A stretch of DNA of 64,000 nucleotides, from the sequence record PZ402305.1, one strand, 5' to 3'. Below, piece after piece: positions 38,177 through 47,687 of the stretch. Source of the DNA: a phage. How positions within the stretch are numbered: position 1 is the first letter of the stretch; every line of letters starts with the position of its first letter. A program made the translations under genes and the position numbers. A model generated the notes under the pieces. The model was not told the origin of the DNA, ran no database searches, and saw only the letters and a program-made list of their open reading frames with translations.

Positions 38177-39064
38177 TCAGAATGGAATATCATCGTCGAA
38201 GTCCATTGGAGGTTCTTCTTGATTACTTGGAGTTGGTTCTGGTTGTGGTTCAGGTTTCTTAACTTCTTTCTTCTCTTCTTTCTTAGGCTGTTCTGCGGAA
38301 CCACGAATGGCAGCAGCAACTTTATCAGACAGAGCCAGAACTTTACGAGCAGAATCAATCAGATCTTCTACAGAGACAGTCTTAATGGTATGGTCTTTAC
38401 AAGCATTGAGAATAGCGTGACCAACAGATGCCCCAAGATCATAATCATTAATATCAACGCCACGAGATTCAGCAATTTCAGATTTCAGCGTGACAGTTGC
38501 AGATTGAACAACCCCAGCGATATCGAAAGCATCGCCTTTAACACCATTACGAATCAGTTCCAGTGCACCATTTACTGCGTGACCAGTTTCCAGACCTACA
38601 GTATCACGTTTTTTATAGGACTGCTTAGGAGCAGCATCGTTGGAACCTTTATTGCCAGAAGATTTGTTAGACTTCTGAACACCATCGGTAGACAATACTG
38701 TAATACGAGATTTTTTAGTATTGTAGTAAGTTTTACCGCCTTTATTGTCAACGCGATCAATATCAATACTTACTTCTACACCTTTTTCAATAGTGATCCA
38801 ATTATCACCTTCTTTGACTTGCAGGTTTTCATAACCTTCTTTCAGTTCAATGTCACCAAGAGAAATCCAAACACCTTTCTCATCTGGTTTAGCACCTTTC
38901 TCTTTCAGAACAAGAGAAGCTCGGTGAGTTGAAACAATCGTTTTTCCTTCCCAATGGAAAGTTTTAGGTTCAGCGAATTTATCCAGTTTAACGTAGTCTA
39001 CGATACCAGTTGCATAAGTTACGGTTTTGCCTTTACGATCAGTTTCAGTATTAATTACGGACAT
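38177..39064 (-). CDS. ssb: Single-stranded DNA-binding protein with acidic C-terminal tail
   Basis: 295-aa ORF; Pro/Glu/Lys-rich linker and C-terminal ...MDFDDDIPF, the hallmark acidic tail of bacterial-type SSBs. Confidence 0.65.
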   Translation of the reverse strand: MSVINTETDRKGKTVTYATGIVDYVKLDKFAEPKTFHWEGKTIVSTHRASLVLKEKGAKPDEKGVWISLGDIELKEGYENLQVKEGDNWITIEKGVEVSIDIDRVDNKGGKTYYNTKKSRITVLSTDGVQKSNKSSGNKGSNDAAPKQSYKKRDTVGLETGHAVNGALELIRNGVKGDAFDIAGVVQSATVTLKSEIAESRGVDINDYDLGASVGHAILNACKDHTIKTVSVEDLIDSARKVLALSDKVAAAIRGSAEQPKKEEKKEVKKPEPQPEPTPSNQEEPPMDFDDDIPF

Positions 39065-39080
39065 TATTATCTCCTCTACA

Positions 39081-39473
39081 TTACATTAATTTTGCACAGA
39101 AAGAGCGGAGTCTTTCCATATCATCTTGCTCTAACAGGTATTTACCTTTACCTATTCCAACTCCAATTTCACCATTAGGAAAATGAACTATTTGCACTGG
39201 GAAACCTCCGAGTTTAATTGTGGCAGCTTTGCCTTCTTCGTCTATAACGTTTCGGATTGTATCTTGTAGTGAAATGAATTCTTTGTTTGTAACAGTGGTT
39301 TCAATTATTTCAGATGTTTCGACACGAGCAGTTAGCTTCTTGTTTCCACCTTGAATAACCAAAATTTGAAAATAAAAAGAGTTGTCAAGACCTACAACAT
39401 TTTTCTCAACTAGTGTCAAACTGGTATAGTTTCCATAAACAGTTTCAACAGCTATCTTAGAACGTTCAGTCAT
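39081..39473 (-). CDS. Hypothetical protein
   Basis: 130-aa ORF with AGGA RBS. Confidence 0.55.
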   Translation of the reverse strand: MTERSKIAVETVYGNYTSLTLVEKNVVGLDNSFYFQILVIQGGNKKLTARVETSEIIETTVTNKEFISLQDTIRNVIDEEGKAATIKLGGFPVQIVHFPNGEIGVGIGKGKYLLEQDDMERLRSFCAKLM

Positions 39474-39518
39474 TGAATGCTATCCTATCATAAAATGTTT
39501 AATATTGTCAAGCTTTAA

Positions 39519-40112
39519 TTACCAAGGAATATCATCTTCTTCCAATCTGGTATCTACTTGAGGTGGACGTGGAACCTTAACCTCTTTCACAAAACGAAGA
39601 TATGGGAAACGTGTAGCAATTTTAATAACATGTTTGGCATCTTCTCTAACATCTTTGTGCAAGAAGCAGATCCCTGTTTCCAAGGTTGTTTCAAAATCTT
39701 TAGAATAATAACAGTCCTTCCCATCAAATGCAGCCTGGCAGATGGACAGATCGAACTCATTTAGAAAGGTTGTCATTACGCTTGGTTCCATAATCATAAG
39801 GTTGCAAAGCTGACCATCACGTTCAAACTCAAAAACGTGTTTAAGACCAGTAACACCTTCATAATTGTCAGAAGCCTCTTTGTTTCCTAGTTTACGAATA
39901 TTGGTTCCCATTAAAGCAGATGCAATTAATCCTTGTATTTGTTCTTCAGTCCGATGTGCAGGAAGGGATGTATAGAAATCCAGATCACGTCCAGCAATAT
40001 CAAGAATACGCCAATCACGAACAGCACCGCCAGCCAAGACAGAATTAGGATCAGCGATCTTTAGTATGGTAAGAATTTCTTTGGCAATATTGATTTGTTT
40101 TGATTTAGTCAT
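39519..40112 (-). CDS. Pol-beta-superfamily nucleotidyltransferase (CCA-adding/poly(A) polymerase head-domain-like, putative)
   Basis: 197-aa ORF containing GGAVRDWRILDIAGRDLDF, matching the GG-x-VRD ... D-x-D signature of tRNA nucleotidyltransferase head domains. Confidence 0.4.
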   Translation of the reverse strand: MTKSKQINIAKEILTILKIADPNSVLAGGAVRDWRILDIAGRDLDFYTSLPAHRTEEQIQGLIASALMGTNIRKLGNKEASDNYEGVTGLKHVFEFERDGQLCNLMIMEPSVMTTFLNEFDLSICQAAFDGKDCYYSKDFETTLETGICFLHKDVREDAKHVIKIATRFPYLRFVKEVKVPRPPQVDTRLEEDDIPW

Positions 40113-40323
40113 TGATACGCTCCACAGTTACTTTTACAACATCGTCCATATTAATCTCATCCCCCAAGACCTCAATAACACCTTCCTCATAAAGTCGAGC
40201 GCATTCTTCCCACACTTCAGCTTCCGTCATTCCACCTGCAATCTTATTTGCAAGACCTTTAATAACATCTTCATTTTGTTCATCAACAAGAATTGAAACA
40301 TTAAAGCTCACTAATTTACGCAT
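40105..40323 (-). CDS. Hypothetical small protein
   Basis: 72-aa acidic ORF with AAGGAG RBS. Confidence 0.5.
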   Translation of the reverse strand: MRKLVSFNVSILVDEQNEDVIKGLANKIAGGMTEAEVWEECARLYEEGVIEVLGDEINMDDVVKVTVERIND

Positions 40324-40333
40324 TGTTTTCTCC

Positions 40334-40501
40334 TTATACTTCTAAACGGAAAGTTTCTTTAGATACAAAATCGTATCCACCTTTTTCAAGCCAGTCATTG
40401 TAAACCTCATCGGCTTGAGACTCTATCATAAAATACCGAGTGGTAACTTCGTCTCCGACAATACGCACAATTTTATAGCAAATCATGATACCATTTCCCA
40501 T
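40334..40501 (-). CDS. Hypothetical small protein (55 aa; shorter than the ORF track's 60-aa cut-off)
   Basis: ATG overlaps upstream stop (TAATG) and is preceded by a GGAGGAAG RBS; fills an otherwise empty gap. Confidence 0.4.
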   Translation of the reverse strand: MGNGIMICYKIVRIVGDEVTTRYFMIESQADEVYNDWLEKGGYDFVSKETFRLEV

Positions 40502-40797
40502 TAATCTTCCTCCAGATCAATTTCATTATAACAATGTATGCAGAAACCATCATTGTGCATATGTTGTTCATAAGACATATCTTTACCACAAGACCAACAA
40601 CGGATATCCCCATCGTCCCATTCACGTTCTTCTTCACCTTCAAATTCATCTGGTAGGTAAGGCATACCAAGACAATCTAAATCGTAACTCATATCTTCTC
40701 CTATAAAGGGGCAGAAGCCCCTTATAAAACAATACGTTAGATCAGTGACAACTGGCCCAGGAATTCCCCACATCATATCCAGCAGTAAGCTGAACAT
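40501..40797 (-). CDS. Small zinc-ribbon protein
   Basis: 98-aa ORF with CWSCGKD ... CIHCYN Cys pairs. Confidence 0.5.
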   Translation of the reverse strand: MFSLLLDMMWGIPGPVVTDLTYCFIRGFCPFIGEDMSYDLDCLGMPYLPDEFEGEEEREWDDGDIRCWSCGKDMSYEQHMHNDGFCIHCYNEIDLEED

Positions 40798-43339
40798 TAA
40801 GATTGTAAAATTCTCCAGCCTTAGTAACAGCTAAGGCAGCAAGTTCACCTGCCCGACTATAGGCTGTAAACCATCCACCTTTGGGAGATTCATGAATGTT
40901 AGCCCAAATTTGTCCCGTCTCTTTTTCCTTATTATGCTTCCATTCTTCAACTTTAGCAAGGCATTCTTTATCAATTTTCTTTTGTTCTTCAGGATCGTCT
41001 ACTTTCTTCCAACCTAATGATTCAGGTGAAAACCATTTAAATTCTACAAGGTTACGAGAAACTTCAAGCTGGGCTTCATCGTGATATGCAATCATTTGTT
41101 GCACGAAGTCTTTATTCTTCCAGTCATCTTTAAAGAAGTCAACACTTAGTCCTTCTTCTTCGATCATGTCGTCATAAATAACCATTGCACGTTTAGCACA
41201 GATAACCCCACCACTTTGGAACAGAGAGTTAAGAATCGCGTGAGCAGAACGAGTAGGAACCTTACGACCGTCAATACCCAAAACATATTGTTTACCAGTC
41301 TTAACCCAGAAATCGTTTAAACGTTCTTTAAGACGCGCCAATGGGAATGCAGCTTCCCAGAAAGCATCAAACACTAATTGACCTGTAAACTTATCGCTAC
41401 CAATTGTTTTAGCAACCTTGTCGGCTTGTGCACCATAGGTAATACCATACTTAACAGCTTTAGCAGGACTACGTTCAAATTTACGTCCAATAGTTTCAGT
41501 GATACGTTTTGCCATCATTGTGTGAACATCGTTAGGTTTCTCTAACAACAGAGCGTTACAATATTCGTGTGGCTCCGGCTCGTACCGCCAACAGTAGTGT
41601 GATTCAATTTTTGCTTCCAAAGAGTCGAAGTCGTAGCCGATCTGGAAGTATTTAGGAACCTCTACACCAAACAAGTTACGCATCTCCCATCCAAACAAAG
41701 ATGTGACACGAGGAATATTAGCTACAGATCTATGCTTCATACGAGAGGTTGCAGCATCACATGTAGCGGCTGGGGTAGGAATACGCCCATCCGCCCTTAC
41801 TGCGGCTAAGAAACCTTTATCGTATTCTTGATCTTCTTCATCTTCTTCCCAATCAGCACCGCCACCTAAAATAGAGTTCCTACGATGCTTATACGTTAAG
41901 TATTCTACAATCTGTGTAGCATAAGGAAACTTCTCACCCAAAGCTTGCAGGTTAGGACAAATTTCTTTTTCCTGACCTTTGGTAAAACATGGGTTAGTCA
42001 ATACTTTAAGACCGCGACCTTTACCTTTTGCTATACGCTCTTGAATCTTCCTTTCCAGGGTTTCCGGTGTGCACTCCAGATGATCACAACGATCCTGACA
42101 AAAATTAGAAGATAGAGTTTGCTCAACGTAAGCTCGAATACCTTTCTGAAGTTCTTCCTCGCTCTTTTTAATCTTGGTGCCAGATTTAAGAGTCAAGTCT
42201 TTATCTTTATATTCAGACGGTACCCAACCTAATCCTACAAGCCAGTTTTTAATATGGGTTGTATCGTTCAATGTTGCAGGAATGTTAGGATCACATAGAG
42301 GTTCATCTGCTGCAACTGGCAGTTTCCACTCTTTCCCCAACATAACTAACCACCAATCGCCATCCCTCTCTTCCAAATGACCATCATGTTTCTTAGCAAA
42401 ATTGATCATATGGTTAGTTGGCTCTAAGTTCTTTTTAATTTGCAACTTAGGTGGAATAAAAGCCTTAAGATAACCTTTTGTTGCTGGTTTAGGTGGCAAA
42501 ATAGGCTCAACGAGTAAACGAAGACGCTCCATTTCTGCATCCAAAAAAGCAAGGTTCTCTTCTGCTTGTTTCATGTTAAAAGCAAACCCACGGTGCTCCT
42601 GGCGTGTAATAATGTCTGCTACACGTTGTTCAAGTTCAAATGGACCTTCCCATTTATCATAATCACCCCATTCTTCCATAAGGTAATTATATACGCTCGT
42701 ATTGGCTTTGTTGTCATAGATACAGTAATAAAGCATATCAGCAGCAAAAGTCTTAAATCGATCTTCTTCTGGAATCTCTTTACGGAAATCTATTTTTACA
42801 TCACCACCTGCCTTTCGAGAAAGTGCTGCCAAACTATGTCCTGATTTGCCCTCAATCTTTCGATCTGGGTTTAACACTTTACTCAAAATCAAGGAGTCAA
42901 TAAGTTTTACCTTATTTTTGCCCCACGTATTATATTTAACACTGTAATCTAATCCATAAAACAGTTTTGTAGCCAACCAGTCGTAGTTGATACCGTTGTG
43001 AGCCACAGCCATTTCAACCAGATATTCAGGCTTGTCTTTAAAATAACCTTCATGATTAATAAAATCTGGGAAATCTTTTAGTTGAAAATGTGTGTAATCT
43101 TGCGCCACATACTCTTTAAGAACATATGTGTATTTACCATCTGACTCTTCATAAGGACGCCCATCAAAGATGTATTTAGGGCCATCGTGGAAAGCTACTA
43201 TTTCTCCTGTTTCATGGTTCTCTAAGACAATACAGTGCATTTGAAATGTGTCTTTGAGACGATAAGGACTAGCTAAATAATCAATAGTGTCATTATTCAA
43301 CAATCCGTTTGCTTCAATATCCCATGTAAACTTACTCAC
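40742..43339 (-). CDS. DNA polymerase, family A (T7-like, with 3'-5' exonuclease domain)
   Basis: 865-aa ORF; exo motif DIEANGL near N-terminus; polymerase motif A (GYDFDSLEAKIE), motif B (RSPAKAVKYGITYG) and motif C (YHDEAQLE). Confidence 0.85.
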   Translation of the reverse strand: MSKFTWDIEANGLLNNDTIDYLASPYRLKDTFQMHCIVLENHETGEIVAFHDGPKYIFDGRPYEESDGKYTYVLKEYVAQDYTHFQLKDFPDFINHEGYFKDKPEYLVEMAVAHNGINYDWLATKLFYGLDYSVKYNTWGKNKVKLIDSLILSKVLNPDRKIEGKSGHSLAALSRKAGGDVKIDFRKEIPEEDRFKTFAADMLYYCIYDNKANTSVYNYLMEEWGDYDKWEGPFELEQRVADIITRQEHRGFAFNMKQAEENLAFLDAEMERLRLLVEPILPPKPATKGYLKAFIPPKLQIKKNLEPTNHMINFAKKHDGHLEERDGDWWLVMLGKEWKLPVAADEPLCDPNIPATLNDTTHIKNWLVGLGWVPSEYKDKDLTLKSGTKIKKSEEELQKGIRAYVEQTLSSNFCQDRCDHLECTPETLERKIQERIAKGKGRGLKVLTNPCFTKGQEKEICPNLQALGEKFPYATQIVEYLTYKHRRNSILGGGADWEEDEEDQEYDKGFLAAVRADGRIPTPAATCDAATSRMKHRSVANIPRVTSLFGWEMRNLFGVEVPKYFQIGYDFDSLEAKIESHYCWRYEPEPHEYCNALLLEKPNDVHTMMAKRITETIGRKFERSPAKAVKYGITYGAQADKVAKTIGSDKFTGQLVFDAFWEAAFPLARLKERLNDFWVKTGKQYVLGIDGRKVPTRSAHAILNSLFQSGGVICAKRAMVIYDDMIEEEGLSVDFFKDDWKNKDFVQQMIAYHDEAQLEVSRNLVEFKWFSPESLGWKKVDDPEEQKKIDKECLAKVEEWKHNKEKETGQIWANIHESPKGGWFTAYSRAGELAALAVTKAGEFYNLNVQLTAGYDVGNSWASCH

Positions 43340-44133
43340 TATTCCTCCTTTCTAATGTTCTCCAGAACCCACTGAAGTTCTTTTAAACTTAAACTTCTTA
43401 CTCCCGCAGTTTTACTAGCTTCAGCTTTAAGTAACGGGTAAGCCTCAATGATACGTGTTTTAAGATCAGAAGTCAAGGCTTTTAAAAAGTAGGTAGAGGC
43501 TTCAGATAAAGAATCCTCTTCTGATAACACTTTACCTGCACTTGCTCCCGCTCTCCTAACGGCTATGTCGTAGTCTTTACTGTTGCCTAATACGAATAGT
43601 CGATTTTCTCCTAAAACAACGGGAGAACGCTTCTCGTTGCGTTTAATCCATATCTGGAATACACAAGGAACATCCCAAGGTTCTCCATGAAGAATAAAAG
43701 ATCCTTTTGGACATTCTTCTTCGTAAAGAAGATGCATGTGGGGATTTAGTTTGTGTGCAAAAAAGATTTTTTGAAATGTGCGAGGCAAGATAAAACAAAT
43801 ACCACCTTCGTTATCCAGCATTTCAGCACAATGGTTAAAGAATTTAATGGCAAGACTAGCATTTTTTCCAAACGGAGGATTACCGACAAAAGCAGTTACA
43901 CTGCCAACAGACTCAACAGATTGAGCTAAAAAATCTGCCTCAATACAATCTTCAAACTTAGGGTCAATATCAAAAGAAGTTATGTTTTTAAAACAAGAAG
44001 AGAAAGCTCCTTCTCCCGCAGATGGTTCTACGTAGTTAGCTTCCTCTCCAAAAATTTCTTTGATCTTATCACATAAGAACCCCGCATAAGCGGGGTTAGT
44101 GTAATATTGATCAAGTGTGTTCAACTTGCTCAA
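43339..44133 (-). CDS. DNA N6-adenine methyltransferase (gamma-class amino-MTase, putative)
   Basis: 264-aa ORF with DQYYTNP (Q-Y/F-F/Y-T-P-like motif X), EPSAGEGAF (AdoMet motif I) and NPPFG (motif IV). Confidence 0.6.
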   Translation of the reverse strand: MSKLNTLDQYYTNPAYAGFLCDKIKEIFGEEANYVEPSAGEGAFSSCFKNITSFDIDPKFEDCIEADFLAQSVESVGSVTAFVGNPPFGKNASLAIKFFNHCAEMLDNEGGICFILPRTFQKIFFAHKLNPHMHLLYEEECPKGSFILHGEPWDVPCVFQIWIKRNEKRSPVVLGENRLFVLGNSKDYDIAVRRAGASAGKVLSEEDSLSEASTYFLKALTSDLKTRIIEAYPLLKAEASKTAGVRSLSLKELQWVLENIRKEE

Positions 44134-44142
44134 TAGTCCTCC

Positions 44143-44574
44143 TTAGTTGTTAGCGAACTCAATAGTGAGGTCAACTTTACCATCGTCAGAAATAACCATG
44201 TTTTTGGTATTTTTAAAGATGATATCTACTTTACCTTCACTTACACGACAGAATGCAACACCATCTGCAACTTTATCGATATAATATTTGTAAGAAAGAA
44301 TACCCACTTTACTACGACCAGCACCTTTTGTGAAAGAAGGGCTTACATCGAAACGGAAACCTTTAGAAGAAACAACACGGTAAGAACGTCCAGTTGGAAG
44401 ATGTTCAATAACAGAGACATTGTTCTCAACAACTTTTACAGCAAACTCTTCAGGATGATCCTCAACAATCATATGTGGGATGGCAAATGCCAACGCTTGT
44501 TTGTGTTTAATAACACCAGCACCCAGAGCACCAGCAGCTTTAACTTTTGCATTCAGATCGATTGTCATACGCAT
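44143..44574 (-). CDS. Hypothetical protein (own promoter)
   Basis: 143-aa ORF with GAGGAG RBS downstream of a predicted sigma70 promoter. Confidence 0.55.
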   Translation of the reverse strand: MRMTIDLNAKVKAAGALGAGVIKHKQALAFAIPHMIVEDHPEEFAVKVVENNVSVIEHLPTGRSYRVVSSKGFRFDVSPSFTKGAGRSKVGILSYKYYIDKVADGVAFCRVSEGKVDIIFKNTKNMVISDDGKVDLTIEFANN

Positions 44575-44607
44575 TTTTACTTCTCCTCTTGTTTGGTTGA
44601 TGAGACA

Positions 44608-44636
44608 AGTATAAGTCCCTTCCGTAAAGTTGTCAA
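44608..44636 (-). promoter_or_regulatory. Sigma70-like promoter (TTGACA-N17-TATACT) on minus strand
   Basis: -35 at 44631-44636 and -10 at 44608-44613 (minus-strand reading), about 27-nt leader with RBS before ATG at 44574. Confidence 0.55.
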
Positions 44637-44640
44637 CAGG

Positions 44641-44668
44641 TATTTTTAATAAAAGGGCCGAAGCCCTT
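44641..44668 (-). terminator. Rho-independent terminator after primase-helicase gene
   Basis: Minus-strand aagggc-uucg-gcccuu stem-loop followed by UUUUAUU; overlaps the stop codon. Confidence 0.6.
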
Positions 44669-46445
44669 AATAGTTGCTATCCGTAGGCAAATTAGCAGGA
44701 TTGTTGAAATACTGCTCTTTGTCATGCAGAGTTGCAGTTCTAATGTCATAGTAAAACTGCCCTGCCGGACCAGTTTCCGAGAACTCACGGTTTTTTAGGA
44801 TAAAGCAATGAGTCGTATTGCGTTCTACAGGGTCTTCAGCGGCTTTATCTCGTTCCAAAGCCAAGGTAATACCAGCACCTTTAGCCAAGAAACTACTACC
44901 CATTGCATCGTCCTCTGTTAAGTGTTCATTGCCACCATTAGCCGACTTCTTAACGTGTGAGATGACGATAATGGTTATAGCATACTCTTTCATGATGCGC
45001 TTCAACCATGTTGCTAACTCTTCCTGGGCTTGAACATCCATACCAGAAAGCAAATCAGAATAAGGGTCGATAACAAGAATTGTTACTCCAAAATAGATGA
45101 TCATCTCCAAAACTTTTTCTTTGATAGACTCCACATCTGCTCCACGATCATCACACACATAAAAACGTGGTGATCCATCTTCTCTTTCGTAAAAATCTAG
45201 GATTTTTTCTTTATTCTCTTCCAAGATTTGAAATTTCTCTTCCGGTGTTTTCCTGTGTAGAGGAATATGCAGGAACGAGGACAACAGGTTACGAGAATAT
45301 TTCTTATAAGTTGCTTCCAAGGACAGAATACCTAGGGTATGTTCTGGGTGTGCAACAATAATATGTTTGGTGATCTCATTCACCATCAAAGTTTTACCGA
45401 TACTGGTCTTTGCCAGGATGACTGTAATCTCTTCCTCTACTAAACCACCACCCAGCATATTTGCAGCAACACGCATAAAAGGAGGCAAGGTAATCATCTT
45501 GGATTCCAAGCATTCTAATGCAGCTTCATACAAGACATTAGAAGCATAAACACCTGCTGGGGTGTATAGACGAGCACTCCAAAAAGCTTTTACGAAATCT
45601 TTTGCACGACCTTCTTCCAGATACTGATTGGCATCCTTAAGATCCATCTGCATACGGTAGACTTTGTTACGAGGCAGCACCTTAACAATATTTTCAAATG
45701 CCTCATTACCTGCTTTGTCATTATCCATGCAAACAATAATCTTCTTAAATTTTTCAAAGAAAGGATATTGTGCCTGAACTTGTTTATACATACTGGTTTC
45801 ACCAGTTGTGCCACTAACTACTGCTGGAAGTTCATATTTGTTGTCCAAGTTTTCAGACAGCATTTGATAAGCTGCCAGAGCATCGTGTTCACCACCTGTA
45901 ATTACCACAGTATGAGAACGGTCTGCAAAACGAATTTGTCCAAAAAGATCTACATCTTTACCTACTTGACCAATAGGTTTGCTGAAATCTTTAGGATGAA
46001 TACGACGCTTAAAACCAACCAACTCTTTACCGATAGTAGTTGGATATAAACAACTTTCTACTACCATCTGATCCCCTTCCTGACGGTATTCATAACGAAC
46101 ACCATAGAAAGATGAAACTTTTTCTTTAATGCCTCGATAACCACGTGGGTTGGTTGATGTTTCTTGAACAATTTTACGATGAATCTGTTTATTAAATTCC
46201 GAACCCACAATCTCCTCCTCTTCTTCTAAAACTTCACCATTTTCTCGTAACCATTCTACGCTAGGAATAGTGTATTCACACGCAAAGCACTTAGCACCCT
46301 TATGCTCTCCATTAGAATCTAATCCATAAACCATCAGGTTATTACGAGAGCGATCCTTGCCATTTTTCATGCAGCGCGGACAACCTGTATGCCCTTCCTT
46401 GCTAAGATCAACATCAAATCCATATTTAGTTATAATGTGCGACAC
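44667..46445 (-). CDS. Bifunctional DNA primase-helicase (T7 gp4-like)
   Basis: 592-aa ORF; N-terminal zinc ribbon (CPRC ... CFAC), TOPRIM-like acidic motifs (GGEHD, CMDNDKAG), C-terminal DnaB-type Walker A (AKTSIGKT) and Walker B (ILVIDP). Confidence 0.85.
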   Translation of the reverse strand: MSHIITKYGFDVDLSKEGHTGCPRCMKNGKDRSRNNLMVYGLDSNGEHKGAKCFACEYTIPSVEWLRENGEVLEEEEEIVGSEFNKQIHRKIVQETSTNPRGYRGIKEKVSSFYGVRYEYRQEGDQMVVESCLYPTTIGKELVGFKRRIHPKDFSKPIGQVGKDVDLFGQIRFADRSHTVVITGGEHDALAAYQMLSENLDNKYELPAVVSGTTGETSMYKQVQAQYPFFEKFKKIIVCMDNDKAGNEAFENIVKVLPRNKVYRMQMDLKDANQYLEEGRAKDFVKAFWSARLYTPAGVYASNVLYEAALECLESKMITLPPFMRVAANMLGGGLVEEEITVILAKTSIGKTLMVNEITKHIIVAHPEHTLGILSLEATYKKYSRNLLSSFLHIPLHRKTPEEKFQILEENKEKILDFYEREDGSPRFYVCDDRGADVESIKEKVLEMIIYFGVTILVIDPYSDLLSGMDVQAQEELATWLKRIMKEYAITIIVISHVKKSANGGNEHLTEDDAMGSSFLAKGAGITLALERDKAAEDPVERNTTHCFILKNREFSETGPAGQFYYDIRTATLHDKEQYFNNPANLPTDSNY

Positions 46446-46457
46446 TTTGTTCTCCTG

Positions 46458-46736
46458 TTAAAATGGTTCGTTAGTCTCCATCATATATTCTGCTTCTAGT
46501 TCTTCCATGTGCTTTCTAAATTGGAAAGCAATTTCTGCTACAGTTACATTTAAATCTTTTTCAAAAACTTCTGTAGAGCCTTCATAAAAACGAATACCGT
46601 CAATTAAAAGCCCTCCGTGGTAATCCCAATCACTTTCACGAGAAAGCGGGTTAGGCTCTTCATAATAGTAATCCACCTCCACGACTAAGGCTTTCCCGTT
46701 ACGAGTGGTGTATTCAAAATCAAAAGTGTTAATCAT
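46458..46736 (-). CDS. Hypothetical protein
   Basis: 92-aa acidic ORF between helicase and glycosyltransferase genes. Confidence 0.5.
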   Translation of the reverse strand: MINTFDFEYTTRNGKALVVEVDYYYEEPNPLSRESDWDYHGGLLIDGIRFYEGSTEVFEKDLNVTVAEIAFQFRKHMEELEAEYMMETNEPF

Positions 46737-47680
46737 TATAGCTCCTCAAATAAAAGTCTACGACGCTCATTCAACACATCAATGTGATAATGAGTCCTGA
46801 CATACTTAGCTAATGCTAATCCTTTCTCCATGCAAACATCGGGAGCACTTAATAAGTATTCCGTAATATCTTTCCACTCGGAAGGTGTTTCAGCAAAGAA
46901 TAACAAATCTTTAAACTCTTGTGTATGATAATTCTCACGAGGAGAACAGATCAAAGGTAAACCCTTAGCACCTGCCTCAAGAATTTTAAGATTGCTTTTT
47001 GCATTATTAAACACGTTATCAAGCAATGGCGCAAGACTGATTTGATGACCATCGTAAGATTCCATGTAGTTGGCATATGGTCTTACACCTTCATAAACAC
47101 AAGTTGGTGCTACATTTTCTCTGATCACAGACCATTCACGACTACTTAAAACTTCAGAATCCCTACGAAAACCACATATTGTAAGATCTTTACCAAAATC
47201 GGGCAAGATAGCCAAATCTTGTTTATGTGTTTCACTTCCAGCCCAGACTAATGGAGTTTTGGAGTAGCGATCACGGGTCAACACAAATTGACCTTCATCG
47301 TAAGGAAGACCATTAGGGATTATGTGCACATTATCATTGTATTGTGAAAGTTCAACTTGCAAAGCAGGTGTCGTAGTTGTAACAAGATCGCTGTGCTCTA
47401 AAAACCATTTTAAATGTTCACGAATACCTGATTCAAAAATACCTTCTAACATGTGTCCTTTTGGAATAACTAAAGAGTCATCCAAATCCATAACCATTTT
47501 AAAGCCTAGGTTTTTAAGGGCTAAAAAGCCCTCTTTACCTTTTGTTGGCACTCCGTTAAAAACGAAAACGTTGTGTTTAGGTTGTGAAGAGAACTGCCTT
47601 GAGTAAGGCAGCACTACCCTATGGAAATCGCAGACACTATAATTGATTCCGTTACGATTGTCAAGAATTATTTGTCCCAT
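46736..47680 (-). CDS. Glycosyltransferase, GT-B-fold-like (paralog 2 of tandem pair)
   Basis: 314-aa ORF; paralogous to 47688..48635 (shared FNNAKSNLKILEAGAKGLP, VRTHY); the KILEAGAKG-P-hh motif resembles GT4-type donor-binding region. Confidence 0.45.
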   Translation of the reverse strand: MGQIILDNRNGINYSVCDFHRVVLPYSRQFSSQPKHNVFVFNGVPTKGKEGFLALKNLGFKMVMDLDDSLVIPKGHMLEGIFESGIREHLKWFLEHSDLVTTTTPALQVELSQYNDNVHIIPNGLPYDEGQFVLTRDRYSKTPLVWAGSETHKQDLAILPDFGKDLTICGFRRDSEVLSSREWSVIRENVAPTCVYEGVRPYANYMESYDGHQISLAPLLDNVFNNAKSNLKILEAGAKGLPLICSPRENYHTQEFKDLLFFAETPSEWKDITEYLLSAPDVCMEKGLALAKYVRTHYHIDVLNERRRLLFEEL

Positions 47681-47687
47681 ACTTCAC

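Noticed and set aside
39483-39511. TTGACA hexamer upstream of gene 39081..39473 (minus strand) as a promoter
   Set aside because: Only a weak -10 (TAGGAT) at the right spacing, and the geometry would start transcription downstream of the gene's RBS; likely a chance -35 match.
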